Positions 15,928 through 16,506 of a DNA stretch of 16,506 bases are shown one piece after another (positions within the stretch are counted from its first letter, which is position 1; every line of letters begins with the position of its first letter). Both the position numbers and the translations under genes were made by a program. This stretch comes from a virus (taxonomy: Duplodnaviria; Heunggongvirae; Uroviricota; Caudoviricetes), in the IMG/VR virus record IMGVR_UViG_2728369593_000027, positions 1 to 16,506 of that record; one strand, given 5' to 3'. The notes below the pieces were generated by a model. It saw only the letters and a list, made by a program, of their open reading frames with translations, did not search any database and had not been told where the DNA came from.

Positions 15928-16004
15928 GCGTTGTTAGCTCAGCCGGACAGAGCAATTGCCTTCTAAGCAATCGGTCACTGGTTCGAATCCAGTACAACGC
16001 GCCA
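15928..16004 (+). tRNA. argO: tRNA-Arg (anticodon UCU, reads AGA/AGG), argO-like
   Basis: Hand-folded: acceptor GCGTTGT/ACAACGC, D-arm GCTC...GAGC, anticodon arm ATTGC-CTTCTAA-GCAAT, T-arm ACTGG-TTCGAAT-CCAGT, discriminator G, encoded CCA. Confidence 0.85.
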
Positions 16005-16019
16005 CACTTATTTTCCCTG

Positions 16020-16044
16020 GCTCGCTTTTGCGGGCTTTTTTTTT
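16020..16044 (+). terminator. Rho-independent terminator after the tRNA cluster
   Basis: Stem GCTCGC (16020-16025), loop TTTT, stem GCGGGC (16030-16035, one G-U pair), then T9 (16036-16044). Confidence 0.6.
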
Positions 16045-16132
16045 AAATGTCTCACAATTCAGGCGGTTGACTGTTGTCTGGTTTGCGGGGAGTTTGTTAA
16101 AAGAAACTGGCATGGTGAATCCCCCTGTGCGG

Positions 16133-16506
16133 CTGTCTCTTGATCAGATCTCCTGATCAAGAGACTTCATCACCAGGTAACCCTCAACCATATCCTGAAG
16201 TCTGAACCAGCCATCCCACATGACTACCCAACCGGGGCGACCGGTGCGTTTGCTGTCATGCCATCGCCCCAGTTTCGCCAGTTTCAGACAGGCCCATTTC
16301 AGTGTCGGCATCTGTGACGGAAGCGGTTTTCCTTCCAGCTTAACCCACAGCAGTTTCCACTCTGTCGGCGTCAGTATTTTCTCACAGCTGTCATTTTGTG
16401 TTTCTTCACTGATACCGCCCTGCCGCAGGCCCAGCACCCGCACCGCGATAAACGCCTTGATAACCACCATGCGCTCGAGGTTATCCCGGGTCTGCATTCG
16501 CACGAT
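16133..16506 (-). mobile_element. IS50-like (IS4-family) insertion sequence, inside-end portion; element continues beyond the window
   Basis: CTGTCTCTTGATCAGATCT at 16133-16151 is identical (19/19, from memory) to the Tn5/IS50 inside end. The transposase stop codon lies within it, as in IS50, and the gene body extends rightward out of the window. Confidence 0.75.
16144..16506 (-). CDS. IS50/Tn5-like transposase, C-terminal fragment (5' end outside window)
   Basis: Frame is open from the window edge to stop TGA at 16144-16146. C-terminal residues ...DNLERMVVIKAFIAVRVLGL...TLKWACLKLAKLGRWHDSKRTGRPGWVVMWDGW... parallel the Tn5 Tnp C-terminus (...DNLERMVSILSFVAVRLLQL...GGFMDSKRTGIASWGALWEGW...) but are clearly diverged. 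Confidence 0.8.
   Translation of the reverse strand: MVRMQTRDNLERMVVIKAFIAVRVLGLRQGGISEETQNDSCEKILTPTEWKLLWVKLEGKPLPSQMPTLKWACLKLAKLGRWHDSKRTGRPGWVVMWDGWFRLQDMVEGYLVMKSLDQEI

Noticed and set aside
16005-16132. Expectation of stx or other cargo genes directly after the tRNA cluster
   Set aside because: No ORF is present; the sequence contains only a terminator and then the IS end.
1-16506. CRISPR arrays, retron or reverse-transcriptase signatures, restriction endonuclease partner for the methyltransferase
   Set aside because: No regularly spaced direct repeats, no RT-like ORF, and no nuclease gene adjacent to the methyltransferase were seen in any frame.

Overview
The window reads as most of a lambdoid prophage of the Qin/dicB type in an E. 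coli-like host, running from the integrase stop codon (pos 1) to an IS50-like insertion at the right edge. I do not see a clearly novel multi-gene system; the least-characterised parts are flagged in the findings. All protein and RNA identifications are from reading the translations and from memory of the families; nothing was database-checked. Layout, left to right: (1) int/xis plus a DEDDh 3'-5' exonuclease and hypothetical early-left genes on the minus strand (1-3900); (2) the dicB operon on the minus strand, ydfA-ydfB-ydfC-dicF-dicB-ydfD (3990-5470); (3) the immunity switch, dicA (minus) divergent from dicC (plus), with repeated CCTAAGG-type operator motifs (5540-6381); (4) a YdaT/CII-like gene, a lambda-O-like initiator carrying an apparent frameshift and internal iterons, and a lambda-P-like loader (6365-8383); (5) a two-winged-helix hypothetical protein and about 850 bp with no convincing ORF (8416-10021); (6) an AT-rich cargo block: an orphan signal-peptide solute-binding protein, a hok-family toxin with a structured leader, and a Rem-like small protein (10022-11755); (7) the nin-like region: DUF968/YdfU-like, RusA, Q-like antiterminator (11822-14083); (8) the late-control region: tR'-like terminator, a small ORF, a second terminator, an orphan beta-class DNA amino-methyltransferase, and three tRNAs (14160-16044); (9) an IS50-like inside end and the 3' part of its transposase (16133-16506). 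The candidates most worth follow-up are the cargo block (6), the exonuclease module (1) and the methyltransferase module (8).
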